NCBI GenBank assembly: GCA_043228905.1 | Contig: JBHGNT010000001.1 | Location: 6,262,001-6,326,000 of the forward strand | Length of the DNA stretch: 64,000 nucleotides | Reading direction: 5' to 3' | Source of the DNA: Azolla caroliniana | Lineage: Eukaryota; Plantae; Polypodiophyta | Shown here: piece after piece, positions 30,895 to 45,754 of the stretch | How positions within the stretch are numbered: the first letter of the stretch is position 1 | How the letters are laid out: each line of letters begins with the position of its first letter | Notes under the pieces: model-generated | What the model was told of the DNA's origin: nothing | The model's input: only the letters and a program-made list of their open reading frames with translations | Database searches by the model: none | Made by a program: the position numbers and the translations under genes

Positions 30895-33300
30895 GGCATT
30901 CTCTTTCTTTTCAAACAGACCAAATGCAAGAATAAGGGGATTAGTTGTCCCACATGTGAGCAAGGAGTTGTTGGACTCATCATACACATATGACACTATG
31001 CTCTATCTACAGGGCAATGATGATAATTTACAACATGCTGAAAGATAGACTACGTTGTTTAGTAAAGTGTTAGGAGGGAGAATCAATTGGAACAAAAGCA
31101 AAGGATTTTGGGTAAGTTCAAACCAATCGCCTCTTTGGTGCCCTAATGCTGATTTTCAATGTGTCCCCAATGGAATGGTCGTTAAATATTTGGGTTTTTT
31201 GGTGGGAGTTGAGACACCTAAAAACCAACAAAACTTGAGCAAGTGAAAGACAAAATTAGAAAAAAGCTTTCTCTTGCAGGTAGGGTGGTCGTGGTAAACC
31301 ACATTTTGTTAGCCACCATGTGGCACTCGGTGTCATGTTGGGTGTTAGACGAAACTTGCATAAAAAACATTAAGGCAATGGTGAGAGGGTTCCTATGGTC
31401 GGGTAGAGATCACGAGACGACATCAGCTAAAGTGGCGTGGAGTTGTTTGATCAAGGCGAAAAACCAGGGTGGACTTGGGTTGGTGGATCCAGTTCACCAA
31501 AGTAAGGCTTACTTGATAAGCTACTGTGCGAAGTTTACAACCTGGACCTGAATTGTGGAAGATGCTTCTTAGGGACAGAGCTGACCTTTGGTGTCCAAGG
31601 AATGACGGCCCTTGGAAGGCAAAGATGTGGTGGTTGTTCAGTCCAGATCTAAAGAGGAAAGTACCAGCTAGAATGGAGGACAGGGTGGCACGTGCCATAA
31701 TGATGGCCTGGTCAAGTTTAAGAGAAGGGTTGGTCTTAATCCAACCGAAAACATTGGAGGAACAACTTCGACAACCGCTATTTTGGAACCCTAGGATTAA
31801 AAGCGAAGACGGCATGATGCTTGGACAGAAAAATTATTTGCCATGGGAGTGCATATTAGGGTACAATGTTAGTTCAATAAGAGATTGGGATGTTTTCAGA
31901 ATGAAGAGGAGTGAGAGTCAATTTGGTAGCATTTCTGGTAGGCTTGAGAAGGTGTCCCAGCTGATAAACAAGGTTGTTGATGGTCTAGAAAGGTTGAATA
32001 AGGAAGAGGGGGTTTGGTCTGGGTGGTTTGTAGGTGAGAGTGATGGACAAATTATCTGTGGCAAGTGCCCATCTAATGAGTACCGTTTGTGGGGAAACCT
32101 AAGTGCTTTGTCCGACAATGGCTGGTGGGTTGTAATGCGGGTGGCAGTGTTGGAAGGTAAGAAATGGCAAGTAAACCCGGACCCAGGGAAGCTAGATAAT
32201 GGTTGTAAACTATGGCTATTTGACAACAAGCCCCTACATGATTTGGAGTGGGATCCACTAGAGGTATGGTGGTAGAAACCGGGAACGAACAAATTGGAGG
32301 GGTTTTTTTATTATAATACTAAGCTCAGAAGGCAAATCATTGGCTCCAAATCAGTGGGCACTGCTTAGACTCGCAATAGTTGGAGGGATAAAGGCATATC
32401 AGATGACTTGTTGAAGTCATTTTGGAAGAGACTTTGGGCATTGGATATGCCAAAAAAAATAAAGGTTTGGTTTTGGCTTCTTAGTCATAAGGCGATACCC
32501 CTAGGGGAGTGGATGAGGTTTCGTGGTGGGGAGGCTGGTTGTGAGTTATGTGGTCACTCTTTGGAATCGATACCTCACTGTTTTTGGAACTGTGCAGAGG
32601 CAATCAACATTTGGGGTAAAAGTCTTAGGATAGTGGCAACATGCGGTGTGAATGGGAGAGTTGTGCGGGGGTCCTTATAGGGTTTGAAGCTAACTAGGGA
32701 AGGCTGGGCAGAACAACTAAATCCACATGGTCATGGATTTATAGTGCAGGGTGGCAGTGTATTCAAATGTGTTGGAGTGAAACCTGGTACAAACTCTGGG
32801 TTTGTTTAGGAGATATGGATGTTGGTGGCATGCTTCTCGGTTTGGCACATTTGGACCAGACGATATATGTTTGTTTTTCAGCAACAAAAACTCCCAAGCG
32901 GTGAAGTGTTGCTAAACATTTAGTTCGAGCTGGTATCTTGACTGCGTGGACGATACAACTCAATTGAAGGGAACTCGGATGAAGCAGAAAGGTCTCAGTC
33001 AAAGTTTTTGCTAAAATGGGGTCGTTCTCTTATGATGGTAAATTCAACGTCAGGGCCGAAATGGAACTACCAAGCACCGAGATGATTGTTTCCATCATTG
33101 GCTTCCATTAGTGGACAAAAGATGTAATTATGTGGTTACCATGTAAAAAGAGTTAGCGGGATACTTTTGTTGTAAATAGCGGGGTGGGGATTATGCTTAG
33201 TTTTGTGTGGAGTAGTGTGAGTTTTGTTGATTATGGCTGAACTTTGTTGTACTTCGTTTGCTAACTAATGGGAAGTAGTGTTTTTTTTTGGAAAAAAGAG
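30895..33300 (+). mobile_element. 5'-truncated degenerate LINE (ORF2 3' half)
   Basis: INWNKSKGFW, LSLAGRVVVVNHILLATMW, GGLGLVDP, FWKRLW...CELCGHSLESIPHCFWNC. Candidate TSD AGAG(A/G)TATGTTTTA at 30881-30894 and 33301-33314. Confidence 0.88.
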
Positions 33301-35154
33301 AGAGGTATGTTTTAAATGATAATCTTAATTCAATTACAACATTGAAGTATTTTGTATGTACATCCTTTTAAGTTGAAGGCTTATGTTTTCTCATAATGAC
33401 AACAGATAGAATATGAATTATAGTATTTTCTCGTGTCTCACATTTAACAATATCAACTTCAGTTAGTGTCTCATTTTGATGGCTAAATTATTGTAAAAAC
33501 GATATGCATGTGTTTCTCATCTTACACACATGTATGTATATGTGAACTTTATTAACGAACCCCTTAGGCCTTAGAATATTAAGTTTGTCACACATAATAC
33601 AATAAGTTTTTGGGTGATTCCTTCTTCATAGATTTTACTCATTCCATGACCAATCTAGTTGTATTTGAATGAGAGAGAACGAGAGAGAGCTTGTGTCTAT
33701 CTATATACTTCAAGTCGTTCACATGGTTTGGTCTTTTGTTAATATGCATCTTTTTTCACCGCCATTGTTGACAACATTTCAAAATATATAATGCATGTAT
33801 TAGAAAATCCAACTTAGTTTCTCATACTAAGCATCATTATCAGAAGCTTTGTAGAGAGCAATACCGTGACATGTTGGGCAGGATCGGGTAGCTTGAAGGC
33901 GTTGAAATATTTCATATGGATTGTCTTTCCTCTTAAAATATAATAATTCCTAGTGAACATAAATAATTGTCACCCCAACAACTCTAGATATGTTGTGATG
34001 CAATGTTCTATAGCTATTAAAGGAATTTTGAGCATGCAATGCACCATTTTAAGAGAATGACTTCATTAAATGTTAGACACAAAACATTTCAATATTTGTT
34101 GAGACTATAGTTTTCTATTTCGAAACATTTTTTGATCTTTTCAATTTTCATACATTTAATTCTTTATTGTTTTACAATTGAATGCTATAGTACGATGAGT
34201 TACTCTGACAAAGTATTCAAATCACCATCTAAAATGATAACGTTGGGTCCACCGATAGTGCCACAATCATAACAATCCAAGCTGAAATCATCAATTTGGG
34301 GCATGTAAAAAAACACAGTAGCCTTGTCTAGAGCTCGCCTCGATCTTACCTCTACCTAGGCTTATCTGACATCACATGCATATGTCCCTATAAAGTGAGT
34401 CTTACATAAAGGAGCTACAATGAAAAGAGCAAATGGAATACATACATGATCTAGTTAGGAACATGTAGATATCCATAAGTTACCATTAAATATGCAAAGT
34501 TTTTGTTTGATCATGGACGTCAATGTTGTTGGAAGGAATGCTTCCACACTCTTGTCATCTTTTTATAGGCGTTTGTACAAACATTGTTAATGTCCGAAAT
34601 GTACGGATGCACTCTCATATCTACATGGAGATGTACACGACAAACATTTATGGACATGCGATACACACTTATGGAATTACATGGAGATGTTTGGTAAATT
34701 AAAGATAAAGGTATATACTTTTGAGAATTTTTAAATTACATAAAGGTGGTTTCATACATTGTGTTTTTATATGATGGGCATATACTATCTCCGCGCGATC
34801 TTGATGTTTTTAACAAAGTCATGGTCTCATAACTAATCATCCCACCAATAGTTTTCTTATATGGAGAAGCTGAAATATGCATAGTTGGGAGAGCACCTTT
34901 AGTGCTTCACCATAGTAAATGACTAATCCATTGAGAGCTCAATACATTTTGTGTACTCGAAGATAAGGAGACATTAAAAAACAAACCAAATAGAAATGAG
35001 CATGTAGTGCATGTGCAACGTACATTTTAACTACCATATGCAATCATAAAGTGTTGTAGAATGTTATATCCAAATTTTATCGAAATATACCCCTAGACAA
35101 GGGTATGTAGTATGTATTATGCCATCTCTACTATCTAGCATTCAAATATACATA

Positions 35155-35310
35155 TAGTGAACCATTCTTCATTTATCATTGATTGGCTAAATGTATGTAT
35201 AGTGAGCCATTCTTCGTTTATTATTGATTGGCTAAAATGTATATTGAACCATTCTTCATTTATCTTTAAATTTATATTCTAAATTCATTTATCTTTAAAT
35301 TTATACCACA
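35155..35310. repeat. Short tandem repeats (about 40-bp unit x3, then about 25-bp unit x2)
   Basis: GTGAACCATTCTTCATTTATCATTGATTGGCTAAATGTAT-like copies followed by TTCATTTATCTTTAAATTTATA copies. Confidence 0.7.
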
Positions 35311-36197
35311 ATTATATTCTAAATTTATAGACATTTTTTATGCCAAATTTTGCATGTAAGAGAACCAAGATATGCTCACATCTCAACTTTTCATTTTGGA
35401 ATAAATAGAAATGTCTTAAAATATATTTTGTGCCACATCTTTTACAAGGCTTATACACGATGTTCTTTCTAGTTAAACATAAAACAAGATATAGGCTATG
35501 GTTCCTCGTTTCATAGGTGTGCAAGAAGTTCTAGCTTATTGATACAACTGCAAAAACTTCATCCATATTGTCGGATAGCCACCAAGTTATGCTTGCTCAT
35601 CAAAAGGGGAGGCATGAGCTCCTTTCAGACCAATTGGAATTTCTCTATCCCCTTGACACCCTTCATTCCAATCACCCAATTCTCATGATAACCATCCCAA
35701 GCCCTCTTGAACTTGCATTTTGGTGGATGTCCGATGGACCTCATATTTGGCACACCTGTTAATATAGTCCACATTCATGAGTCTACATATACATTTGGGT
35801 TAATAATATATTAGGCCAAGAAAATAGATCAATGCATCAATCGATCTTTGCAACATTTTAGAAAGGCTTTACTATAACTTCAAATGTTTCTTTTGCTGGA
35901 TATTGAAAGCAACATCATTAAACATCCCATTATGAAGCAACGGGATCATTACAAGCAAATTGGTCTTACAACTTCTTAAGGTAAGGATGTAAAATGTTTA
36001 CCATAATGGGGAATGTAAGAACCTTATGATGTAAACAATTCTTTATATTTAGTACATTAATATTTAAAAAATGTTATAAAATTACTTTTGATATGAAGAC
36101 ATGAAATGTTTCTTCATATGGTTGTTTTTTGATGTCGTAGTCATTAATACACAAGCACGAATTAGATCCTTCAATAATATCTATTGTGTATGGTGAG

Positions 36198-37095
36198 TTT
36201 TTTTTTTAAAGGAAAGATACACTTTAGTATATTACTTGAGAAATGTTCATAGAGAAAACAAAAGGAGACATTTCATCTCACTTCTATTGTGATACAAAGG
36301 CAAGTACCAACATGTGATCAAACGAATGATATCATATAAGAAACAAGTGGGGCAATAACTACGAGGTATGCAACAAAGAAGAAGGTATGACATAATTCCA
36401 CCTTAGACCAGAAGTTGTATCTGAAAATAAGTGAAGCCCTTGCCATCGTTTCTTAAAGGCTACTTGACGTTGCCGTATTACTTTTTCTCCTTGATGTCAA
36501 AGAACCCAAATATTTGTATTCTATCTTGGCTCGAAGGATGGGCCATTGTCATGCTACATAATGAAAGCCAACCTAATGTATATCCAATTTTGAAATATGA
36601 CGTAGAGGTTCAATTTTGAAATATGATTGCAATCAAAGTATAAATGCCCTACTGCCGTGAAGCATTGGACTGCAAATAATGTGCATGCATTGCAACTTAC
36701 CAAAATTTTGAAATGGTTGTGGAGTATGCAATTGCCGAAAAAAGTTATTTGTTTTCGTTGGTTGTTGATGCATTATGCTCTTCTTGTTGGTGCTTGGTTG
36801 AAGAAAAATCAACAATATGCTTGTGGAATGCATTGTGGTGCATCAATAGAATCTATTTTGCATGTGTTTTGGTTATGTCCCTAGATCAAGCAATTTTGGA
36901 GTAAGTTGTTTTTATTGCTGAGACAACGTTATTCTCATTCTATTTTCTTGAGGGGTGTAGTATTATGGGGCGTCCTTCATGGAGATGTGATGAAGTATGA
37001 AAGTAGGCATGCTTCTCATGTCTTTCTTTTCCCATGGACACCTCTATCTCACCACATTTCCAACTTCTATTCGATGGTTTAGAATTGAAAATCTT
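36198..37095. mobile_element. LINE fragment with internal inversion: minus-strand 3' end (36198-36460) joined to a plus-strand ORF2 segment (about 36480-37095)
   Basis: Poly-T plus sequence matching 30292-30550, then LKWLWSMQLPKKVICFRWLLMHYAL...CGASIESILHVFWLCP on the plus strand. Confidence 0.7.
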
Positions 37096-37859
37096 CCATT
37101 CTATGTTGCTATCATTTTGTAAGTGAGAGTATGTCATATCACTCTATTTTCATGACAAAACCCACTCCATTCTTTAGAGAATTATTCTCCACCATTATCT
37201 TATTTAATTGTAGCGATCTTACTTCGAAATTGGTTCTCAACAAACTTCACAAGGTCTAAAAGTATTCAAGGCTCTAGATTTTTGCTTAAGAAAATACAAA
37301 TTTGTAAAGGCAATGCTAAATGTTGGTAGTTTGGTGAGGGACATGTTGAGTCACAACTCACAACGTCATATAAAAAGGGTCAAATGTGTAAGGACTCTTT
37401 TGTGTGTGATGATATATTTGATCTTGTACAATAGAGTTCTAGTGAATGAGGGAATCATGAATGGGGATTGACAACCACATGAGATATCAAGTGGGTGGAA
37501 CATGGTGTATAGATGAGGCTATCATACCCCATAAGAGGTTAACAATAAAATGATCATCTATAAATGAGATGGAACATTTATAGTCATGTAATGATATGGC
37601 CTACACTGGCTAGCACGAATCAAAATGAAATTAAGTACAACCATCTCTCTATTTTGTTGGTATTGAGTGGAAACTTTTAAGGACATTGTTCTCCATAGAT
37701 GTAGCCTTCAAAGAGGGATATGTGTTTTGAATAGAGTTGTTGGAATGACTTCAAGTAGTTTATGTATTTGACCCATTTTCATTGACTTCATATTATGTGC
37801 ACTAGGAAATATTACCAAAGATGTATCGTATCAATGTTGAGATGTCTTTTTTTTCTCTT

Positions 37860-38670
37860 CTAAACGATGGAAAGGAAGTGATTATCCTTCCCAAGCCCAT
37901 CTTGTGTACGACAATGACTAGCCATTGATCCTTCTCCATTTAATATTGCCCATGTTGCCAATATGGATCCACAAATAATACCATTACACCATGTAAGACC
38001 AAAACTATTGTGCCCACTTATTTTACCAAAATGAGAGATTATTGAGAGATATATAGCCTCCAATCTGTGACTTTCAGCATACATGCTGGACATCAATGCA
38101 TATCCTGCCATTGTATCAGGATCCAATTTGATAGCTTCATTCAAGCACAATTTCCCCATATTTATATTGCCAAAGCATCTACATGCTATTAATAAGGTCA
38201 ACCAAGTACACATATCTGTTGCTATTGTCATTGTTCGAAGCATCAACTCAACCTCTTTAAGACAACCAGATTGTCCAAGTAGTTGAACCATGTAGTTATA
38301 AACCATTCAATTATAATGCTCAATACAATCATACCCTTCTTCAATGTTTTCTGCATGATTGCAAGCCGACAAAATACTAGTAAATGCAACATCAATTGGT
38401 CCAAGAATTAATCCATGTTGTTCCATCTCTTCAAGCAATGCCTTGCTATTATGTGCATACCATGTAGAGAGACCTCCATGAAACCCCATCATGAAATGGC
38501 AGTATATTGAACATTCGGTGACACTCTTCCAAGTTTCTACATGCTACATACATGTTAATGAGCAAATTGCCTATGGCAACATCTGAATAAAATCCATGCA
38601 CAAGTTTTCTTAAAATTTGGGTAGCTATCTCCTCTACATCAAAAGTTTTCTTAAAATCCAATGTCAAGAT
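37860..38670 (-). pseudogene. PLS/E-class PPR pseudogene (C-terminal part)
   Basis: VAIGNLLINMYVACRNLEE, FTSILSACNHAENIEEG and YNYMVQLLGQSGCLKE...TWLTLLIACRCFGN...GYALMSSMYA in three broken ORFs. Confidence 0.85.
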
Positions 38671-41209
38671 TTCTTGATGTTATATGGGCATGAATAAGTG
38701 TTTGATCCATATTTTAAAGAAGTTAATTGTGACAAAATTTGGGTGTGGTGTTTTTAGGATTCCTCCAATTGGTAATTGGTGGTGTATTATTGCACATAGT
38801 GAAGTTCTATTATGGTCCTATTAGCAATGACTTCCCTCATGATAGTAAATGTCTCAATTTTTCCTAGAACGTATAGACATTCAAGACGCTAATTGTTCTT
38901 GTTTAATTTATTGATATGTTAACTTCTCCTTAACTAATGGTTGCTTTTGTGCCACTATGATAATCTATGAACCTAACTTCTAGTTATTGTAGAAGAGCTT
39001 TACAGTTGTGCAAGAGGTTCTTGCGTACTATGTGGTGTGTCTTGCAGGTATTGAAGAACCAAGGTTTCTCGACCTTCACCATCTTTGTTGTAGGCAATTA
39101 CGATTATATTGCACAATATCTTTTTCTATTTTCTACTTCCCAAATGAATGATTGAATGAAGTTGTTTTCTTATTCTTTTTTCGCGGTTCTTATTATCTTC
39201 CTTTTCCTCTTTGATCACATTCAATTTGGCTAGGTTTGCAACACAATACAATGATTATAGTCTATAGATATTGTCCCTAGAGAAGGGTTCTTCTTTGGAG
39301 GGAAGATTTGGAATTTCTATTTGTGGTAATTTCCTCTCTGATGTTTCCATAACCATATGACTAGCTTTAGATTGACCATTTGGTCTTCCTTCAAAATTCA
39401 TCTTGTTTGATCTTTGCTATTAGATTTTCTAGATTGGGATTCTTTCATGATTATGGATTCCTACAAAGGGGGTCCACGATGGTAAGGCACCCATGAGTAT
39501 TTCAAAATTTGATATTTCATCGATGTTACCCACAATGACCATTGCATCTTATTGACATCGCCAAGTGCTTATGAAGATATATATTGTTTATCTACACAAC
39601 CCCATGCTCATCAAGATTCTATGTCAAAGACTTTGATGGTGACATCACCAGGTTGGATAACTACTTCAAGCAATCCCCCATTGTTGTTGGGTGGGTTTCC
39701 TTTGGCATTGTCTTTAAAATGAAGACATATTTCCAATGGTACATGCTTATTCTATGGAGGAGTGGTTGATGAAAATGCCAAACATAGGTTTATTACGTAC
39801 CAAATTGCTAAAGCCGCTTGGGTTGTTATATATGTTATATCAAAACTTTGGGCATCATTAACTGAGATTGTTTTGTCACCTTGTTAATGGGTTTTTGTTG
39901 AGGGTGTGAGATCTCTACCCTCTCCGTTGTGTAAGGTTGTGTTTGACTATCTTTGATTTGGGGCATGTGGTATACATGGAGCATAAGAAATGGGTTCTTG
40001 TGTGACGGACTTCATAGAGTACCATACATAACAAATACGTTGCCTAAAAAGAAAGTTGATTTGGCAAATTTCATGGCCATGCTCACACCTTGTCCCCACA
40101 AGAGTTGGCTTTATGCCGTTTAGTATTATAACACTTTAAAGGGTTTACTTGCCATAAGAACCTTTTGATATAATTGGAGTAATTGAGATACCAAGAATTT
40201 GTTGTATTGTCATGTTCTTATAATACAAACGTGATTTTGAGAGAGAGAGAGAGAGAGCTGGATTGGTATTTGCTAAATTTACTGTAATTTAATGGCTCAA
40301 CTTCATAGATGGAGTGATTTTTCTTGTTTTAAGATATTGAGGATTACGACACAATTTGGACATGCACAATTCTCTCATGTGTTGGAAGGCACACACAGAG
40401 TTAAGTTGTACCTTGAAAATTGAAGGCAAGTACTGATTTGGCAACTCTGTTTATGGGAGCAACTGGAGATTCTTTCAGGAGTTGGGTGCGCACCTCTTGC
40501 CTATTGGCACCTCACCATGTCACGCGACCCATGTTGTGGCAACGCAGAATTATCCACATAGTACCAATGTTACAAGGTTCCTTCTTTTTTACATAGCCAT
40601 GAATTGTGTGTTTTCACCAATAGAGAGGATGATAGAATAAGAGTGCATCTCTCTCTCTCTCTCTCTCTTGTGGTAAACGAATTGTGTCATGGGCCAATTT
40701 TGGTCTCAGAAGACGTTAATATATCTTTCTTTCTCTCTCTCTCTCTCTCTCCAATGTTGGGTCCCCCCTTCTTTTGTTTTTCTTATGCAAACACAATGGA
40801 GGGCATTAAAAAGTTGATCTTCTTGGGGTGAACTTTACTCCTTTTCCATTGTATTTACTTTTGTGATAATAATTAGAACCTTCTTTTCATCACAAACAAA
40901 AAGAAAAAGCAAGAGAGAGAGAGAGAGGGAGGGAGATCCATAAATCTGGTACAAAAGAAGGTACTCTCACAAGAAAGAACACAGAAACACACCCACCCAC
41001 ACATAAGCCATGATCCATGAGTCATGCATGTAAGCATGTATGCATGTATGTATACATATGATGTATTGTATGTATACATGCAAATGTATGTATGTATTGT
41101 ATGCATTGTATGAGTATGGGGTCATGGGATGGTCATCATGTGGGTGGCCATCACACTTATGAGAATGATGTTGTGATGAGAAGCATGTGCAAAGTAAGTA
41201 CCTTATATT

Positions 41210-41217
41210 TATATAAA
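41210..41217 (+). promoter_or_regulatory. Candidate TATA box of the SMR-like gene
   Basis: TATATAAA about 190 bp upstream of ATG 41403. Confidence 0.4.
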
Positions 41218-41402
41218 TTTGTTTAGTATATACCCACTTACTACTACTACATTACTACCACATCATCATCATCATCACCACCACTTCTACACACATTATA
41301 TTCATGCACTCCTCCTCCTGCAATTAGTCTCCACTTATTCATTTGTATCACTGATTCTTTATCACCCCCCCCCACCCCCTTAAAAATGGTGGTATAGCTT
41401 CC

Positions 41403-41966
41403 ATGGATCAGCTCAAGATTAGCTCCACTGCTACTGGTCTTCTGATCTATGACAAGGACTTGTCATGTCATGCACATGATGATGGTGATGGTGATGGTTC
41501 TTGTAGCCGGAGGTGTTATAATGGCTCTAGCTGCAGTGCAGCCATGATTCAGAAGAGGAGCAGGAAGGTGGTGAATCTTCAATTACTGGAGAATGAGGAA
41601 GAGCCGGACAATGATTCCGTGGAAGAATTGCAGGAGGAGGATGAATCAGAGAGAAGAAGAAGAAGGAGAAGAAGGAGAAGAAGAAGAGAAGAAATCATGG
41701 AACCACCTCCACCTCCCAGGAAGCCGAAGTCTAAACCTAGGTATGACAGTGCTTTGGCTCAGCTGCAGAGGATGAGGATGAGGATGATTAAGGCTCCTGT
41801 CCATTGCCATGACCATACACATGAGATGGAGGGTAGCTTCTTCTTCTTCATGGGTCCAGCAGCACAGGCTGAATTAGACCTCTTCTTCTCCTCTCTCATC
41901 CAACCCTCCTCCTCCTCCTCCTCCTGCAAACCTCCCACACCCACTCCTCCTCCTCCTCCACATTAA
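41403..41966 (+). CDS. Single-exon 187-aa protein, SIAMESE-RELATED (SMR) CDK-inhibitor-like
   Basis: PPPPPRKPK and C-terminal FFFF...ELDLFF resemble SMR motifs. ATG context and upstream TATATAAA. Low-complexity tracts keep the frame. Confidence 0.55.
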   Translation: MDQLKISSTATGLLIYDKDLSCHAHDDGDGDGSCSRRCYNGSSCSAAMIQKRSRKVVNLQLLENEEEPDNDSVEELQEEDESERRRRRRRRRRRREEIMEPPPPPRKPKSKPRYDSALAQLQRMRMRMIKAPVHCHDHTHEMEGSFFFFMGPAAQAELDLFFSSLIQPSSSSSSCKPPTPTPPPPPH

Positions 41967-43800
41967 ACTAATTACTCATTTTACATACACTTTGATCCTC
42001 GTCGCTCATGCTCTGTCCTCCCATTAATCTCATCTATACATATGTGTATGATTATGTGTAATGTATACATGTTTCAATATTGTCATCACCATCACCATCA
42101 ATTCTCGCCTTTCAATTCCTTTCTTTTTTATATATTATTAAGACTGTTTTTTCCCATTGTATTCTATAAATCAACTTGCAGAGATGACCAAACACCTCTG
42201 CAATTCCTTCATACAATAAAGGCTGGTCTTGGTCTTTATAATTCGTTCGATTGAATCATTGATTCAGAGTTTGGAGTTCACGTAATTAAAAGTATATTCT
42301 GTGTGTGCGAAGAAAGATTATCGGATTCAATGGATAGAAGAATCGGAGGTTTGGGGGGCAGGAGTAACTGTGATGCCAAGAATCTGATAAGTTTTGGTTG
42401 GATGGCCCCAAGATCCAATTGGCAGAAGTAGTTAAAGTTAGTTAGAACCTTTAATAATAAAACCACTCGTATAAATACACTATGTATACAGTTATGTATC
42501 GAGTACTATACTTTACCATACATACATACATACAAATTTACAATACATACATACATAAGTGGTATACCGTATACATAGTTTACTACCGGGTGCGTGCATT
42601 TATGCATGTGTGTGTGTGTGGTATATGTATGCATGTATTGTTACGATTCCGAGACATGCCTAGGTGTTGTACTTAAGCCTGTTATACTAGATGTTATGTC
42701 CATGACTTAATGTTCCTCGATTCACATGATGCAAGTTGTAGGATGTCTGGTAGATTACAATTATGTTAAGGTGATTTTGCTCGATACTATTCGATGGGGA
42801 TGAGTTGTCTGGAATGTGGTGCAAATGCATTAAATCAAATGCTTTATAAAAGTGAACATAAGCATGAGACCATTAGATTGGGGTGGGGGTGGGAGATTCT
42901 GTACAACGACGCGGTGCCCATTTAGTGAGACCAAACAAACATGATTCATGATTTAGCCTGAGATCATTATAAGATGAAGATCATTGTATGATTACGTGGT
43001 GATTATTTAGTGGTTCTTCCAAAATGTGGTGGACGCCTCTGTTTTTTGGTGTTTGCAATATAGGGATGGCACCTGCACATATGTTAGGTGCCCGTGTATT
43101 TTTTGTTTGAGAGGATAAATATACATGATAATGCCTAGAGTCAAGCCTAAAATTGTAGTTCCAATTACATTTCCTTAACAAGTTATGGGTTAACCACATG
43201 TTTCACTAGTGAGAACATTTAACCCCTAGCAAAACTTTCCCGATATATATATATATATTCAATACACCATGTACAAATAGTTGGTGGCAAAAGTCTATCT
43301 AACTATTGAACTTTAGTTCTCCTACACACCTTATCACCAAAGACTACTACAAAATAACTTCAAAATCACCTAGTAATGTGACAAATCATTAATGTCTATC
43401 ATGGCAAGCAATGACATGCTTGAAAACATCATTGTATAGGCTTTGTTATTCATACACCAACATATTCATTTGATGTGAAGTCTTCTAATTTGGGCTAAAG
43501 TTAGAGGATATGCATATGTGAACGTGATCGGCTTCATGTCGAATACATAATATATACATTAAGTATGTGTTAATACGCAACAACAAAGACATCAACATCG
43601 GTACGAAGGACACAACTTACAAGTGTGGGACCAATAGAGAACATGTGAATTATTATAATGCTATAGTCTTAGGGTCACCCAAATGTAAAAGGGGACAATG
43701 TCTTTTTTGTAAATAACTATAATAAAGCTAGAGTGTTAGGGCCACTATTAGACCTTTTTAGTTCTTCTTGATATCTTAGTTTTCTCAAACCTTAAGGTTT

Positions 43801-43804
<4 letters not shown>

Positions 43805-43839
<35 letters not shown>
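43805..43839. repeat. (CT)n microsatellite
   Basis: Uninterrupted CT run. Confidence 0.95.
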
Positions 43840-43841
<2 letters not shown>

Positions 43842-45754
43842 ATATCTTCTTCTCTTGTTTGCGTGCTAGTGATTCTCATTAATCGAAGCATAGTTATTGT
43901 AGTGTTTATATTCTTTTACTTGTCTACATTGTCTAATGCTTAAGCCTTAACAAGGCATTTGTGAGCTTCATGGTGAGGACAACCTTTGAGAGAGGTGATT
44001 ACGGAGGGTTCGCTACACCTATGTAAAAACTTGAGACTACTTGACAACCACACTTGCCCGACTTGCCATTAATAGGGTATATGGTGGTCCAAACTTCTGA
44101 ACAAAATGATCTCAACGTGGAGGCATAACTCCGTTGAGACAAAGACATGTGCTTAATACGAACACCTTGAACCAACGCTATATATGTATGTATGTATGTG
44201 TTCATATTTTCATCATTAAATAGTTTGTTATGTTTGGACAAAACATTAATGTGAATACGTAGCACCGCCATAAATGGGTTATAATGTTTAAAATAAGTTT
44301 GAGACATAATTGTCTACATGTTTGTCACTAAATAGGAAACATATAATAGAGCTTGTAATAAAGAGAGATTATCTTTGATGGTGTAAACTTCATAGCTATC
44401 ATGATTACCAGTGGCAGTCACATTCAAACACAACATTAGCTTCCTATTTAAGTTATTGAACTTAAAAGAGAATAGACACTTGGAAGGGATGCCATAATGT
44501 ATTGGCATTCTGCACCAATAGAAGGAGATGCTAAATGATTCCTTTCAAGCATGCTTGAATCCTTGAATAATGATTGGATGTCAAACAAGGTGTTGCGTTT
44601 TAATGGCCAAAATGACATCAAAAGCTTGGATATAATGACTTCAACATTGATATGCATGAATATTTGAATTAATCTTAATCAATTTAGTACTCATACTAGT
44701 ACATTGACCATCAGGATTGTAGCTTTATGTTCAAGACAATGAATGAAAAGCATCAAAGTCGACAAACAACTTGATCAAAAGTTACGCTTTTTATGTATAA
44801 GTGTTGCATTTTGTGTTTGAGAAAGTAGCAACTCTCTTGCTTTTTGGATATCGGAAAGCTATAAAAAGACATAGGGACAATTGTATAGGGGAAGATGGAT
44901 AAACTTGAGGAGCAAGACAAGCTCTCATGAGAAAGTTCACTTAGCAGATTGTGTGAGAAAGCCACCAGGTTTGAGTAATATTCATATGGTGCATGGAGGA
45001 GTTGACTAGATCGAGGCTTGTTCTTGGAGGTTCTTTAGATGTTAATTGAGGCATAATTCTGAAGAGTATATTGCTCTTGGTGGTGTTTTTTAGCATTGCC
45101 TATTTGGGGATTGATTTATTATCATTTTCACACTATGTATGGTGAGGAGGTAAGACTATGTTAATTTTTATGCTATAAAGCCATATATATTCAAGAGCAA
45201 ATCAAGATAAGTAGATATAATTTTAAACTAAATTTATGAAGGGTCTCATGTCAAATCAAATTTCAATATCAAACACATTTCTTGAGGCTTGAACTAGTTA
45301 AAACCTATATGTTTAAAATTATCAACTTTGACAAGATTGCCTCAACTTTGTGAAGTTGTATTTTGAGGGCATGTCCGAAGTCTCCTTTTATGTTTTTTCA
45401 CATTGACATGCTTTAACACACAACTACATGATATTTAACTCTTTCTCCTAGGTCATACTTTTTTTACTTCCACATTAAATGTCTTTAGATCATCCCATAT
45501 TCATTGATTGTTGGCACCGCCATACTTTATCCATGCTTCTAGTTCTAGCATGGTCGGTCCACTCTATATTATCACGGACATGCAACTCTTGTATGAGTGT
45601 TCAAGTTCATTCTTTGTATATTAATTGTAAAAGTTGGGGATTAGCATCAAGCCATTGGTACTTTTTTGTAATGGCCTATAACATTCCACTAATAAAATGT
45701 ACAAACTTGTCATAGTTAGTCCCTCATTTTCAGCTTTTGTCAACATTAATACTT

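Noticed and set aside
38750-40200. Possible decayed gag remnant on the minus strand
   Set aside because: Compositional impression only; no diagnostic motif or termini.
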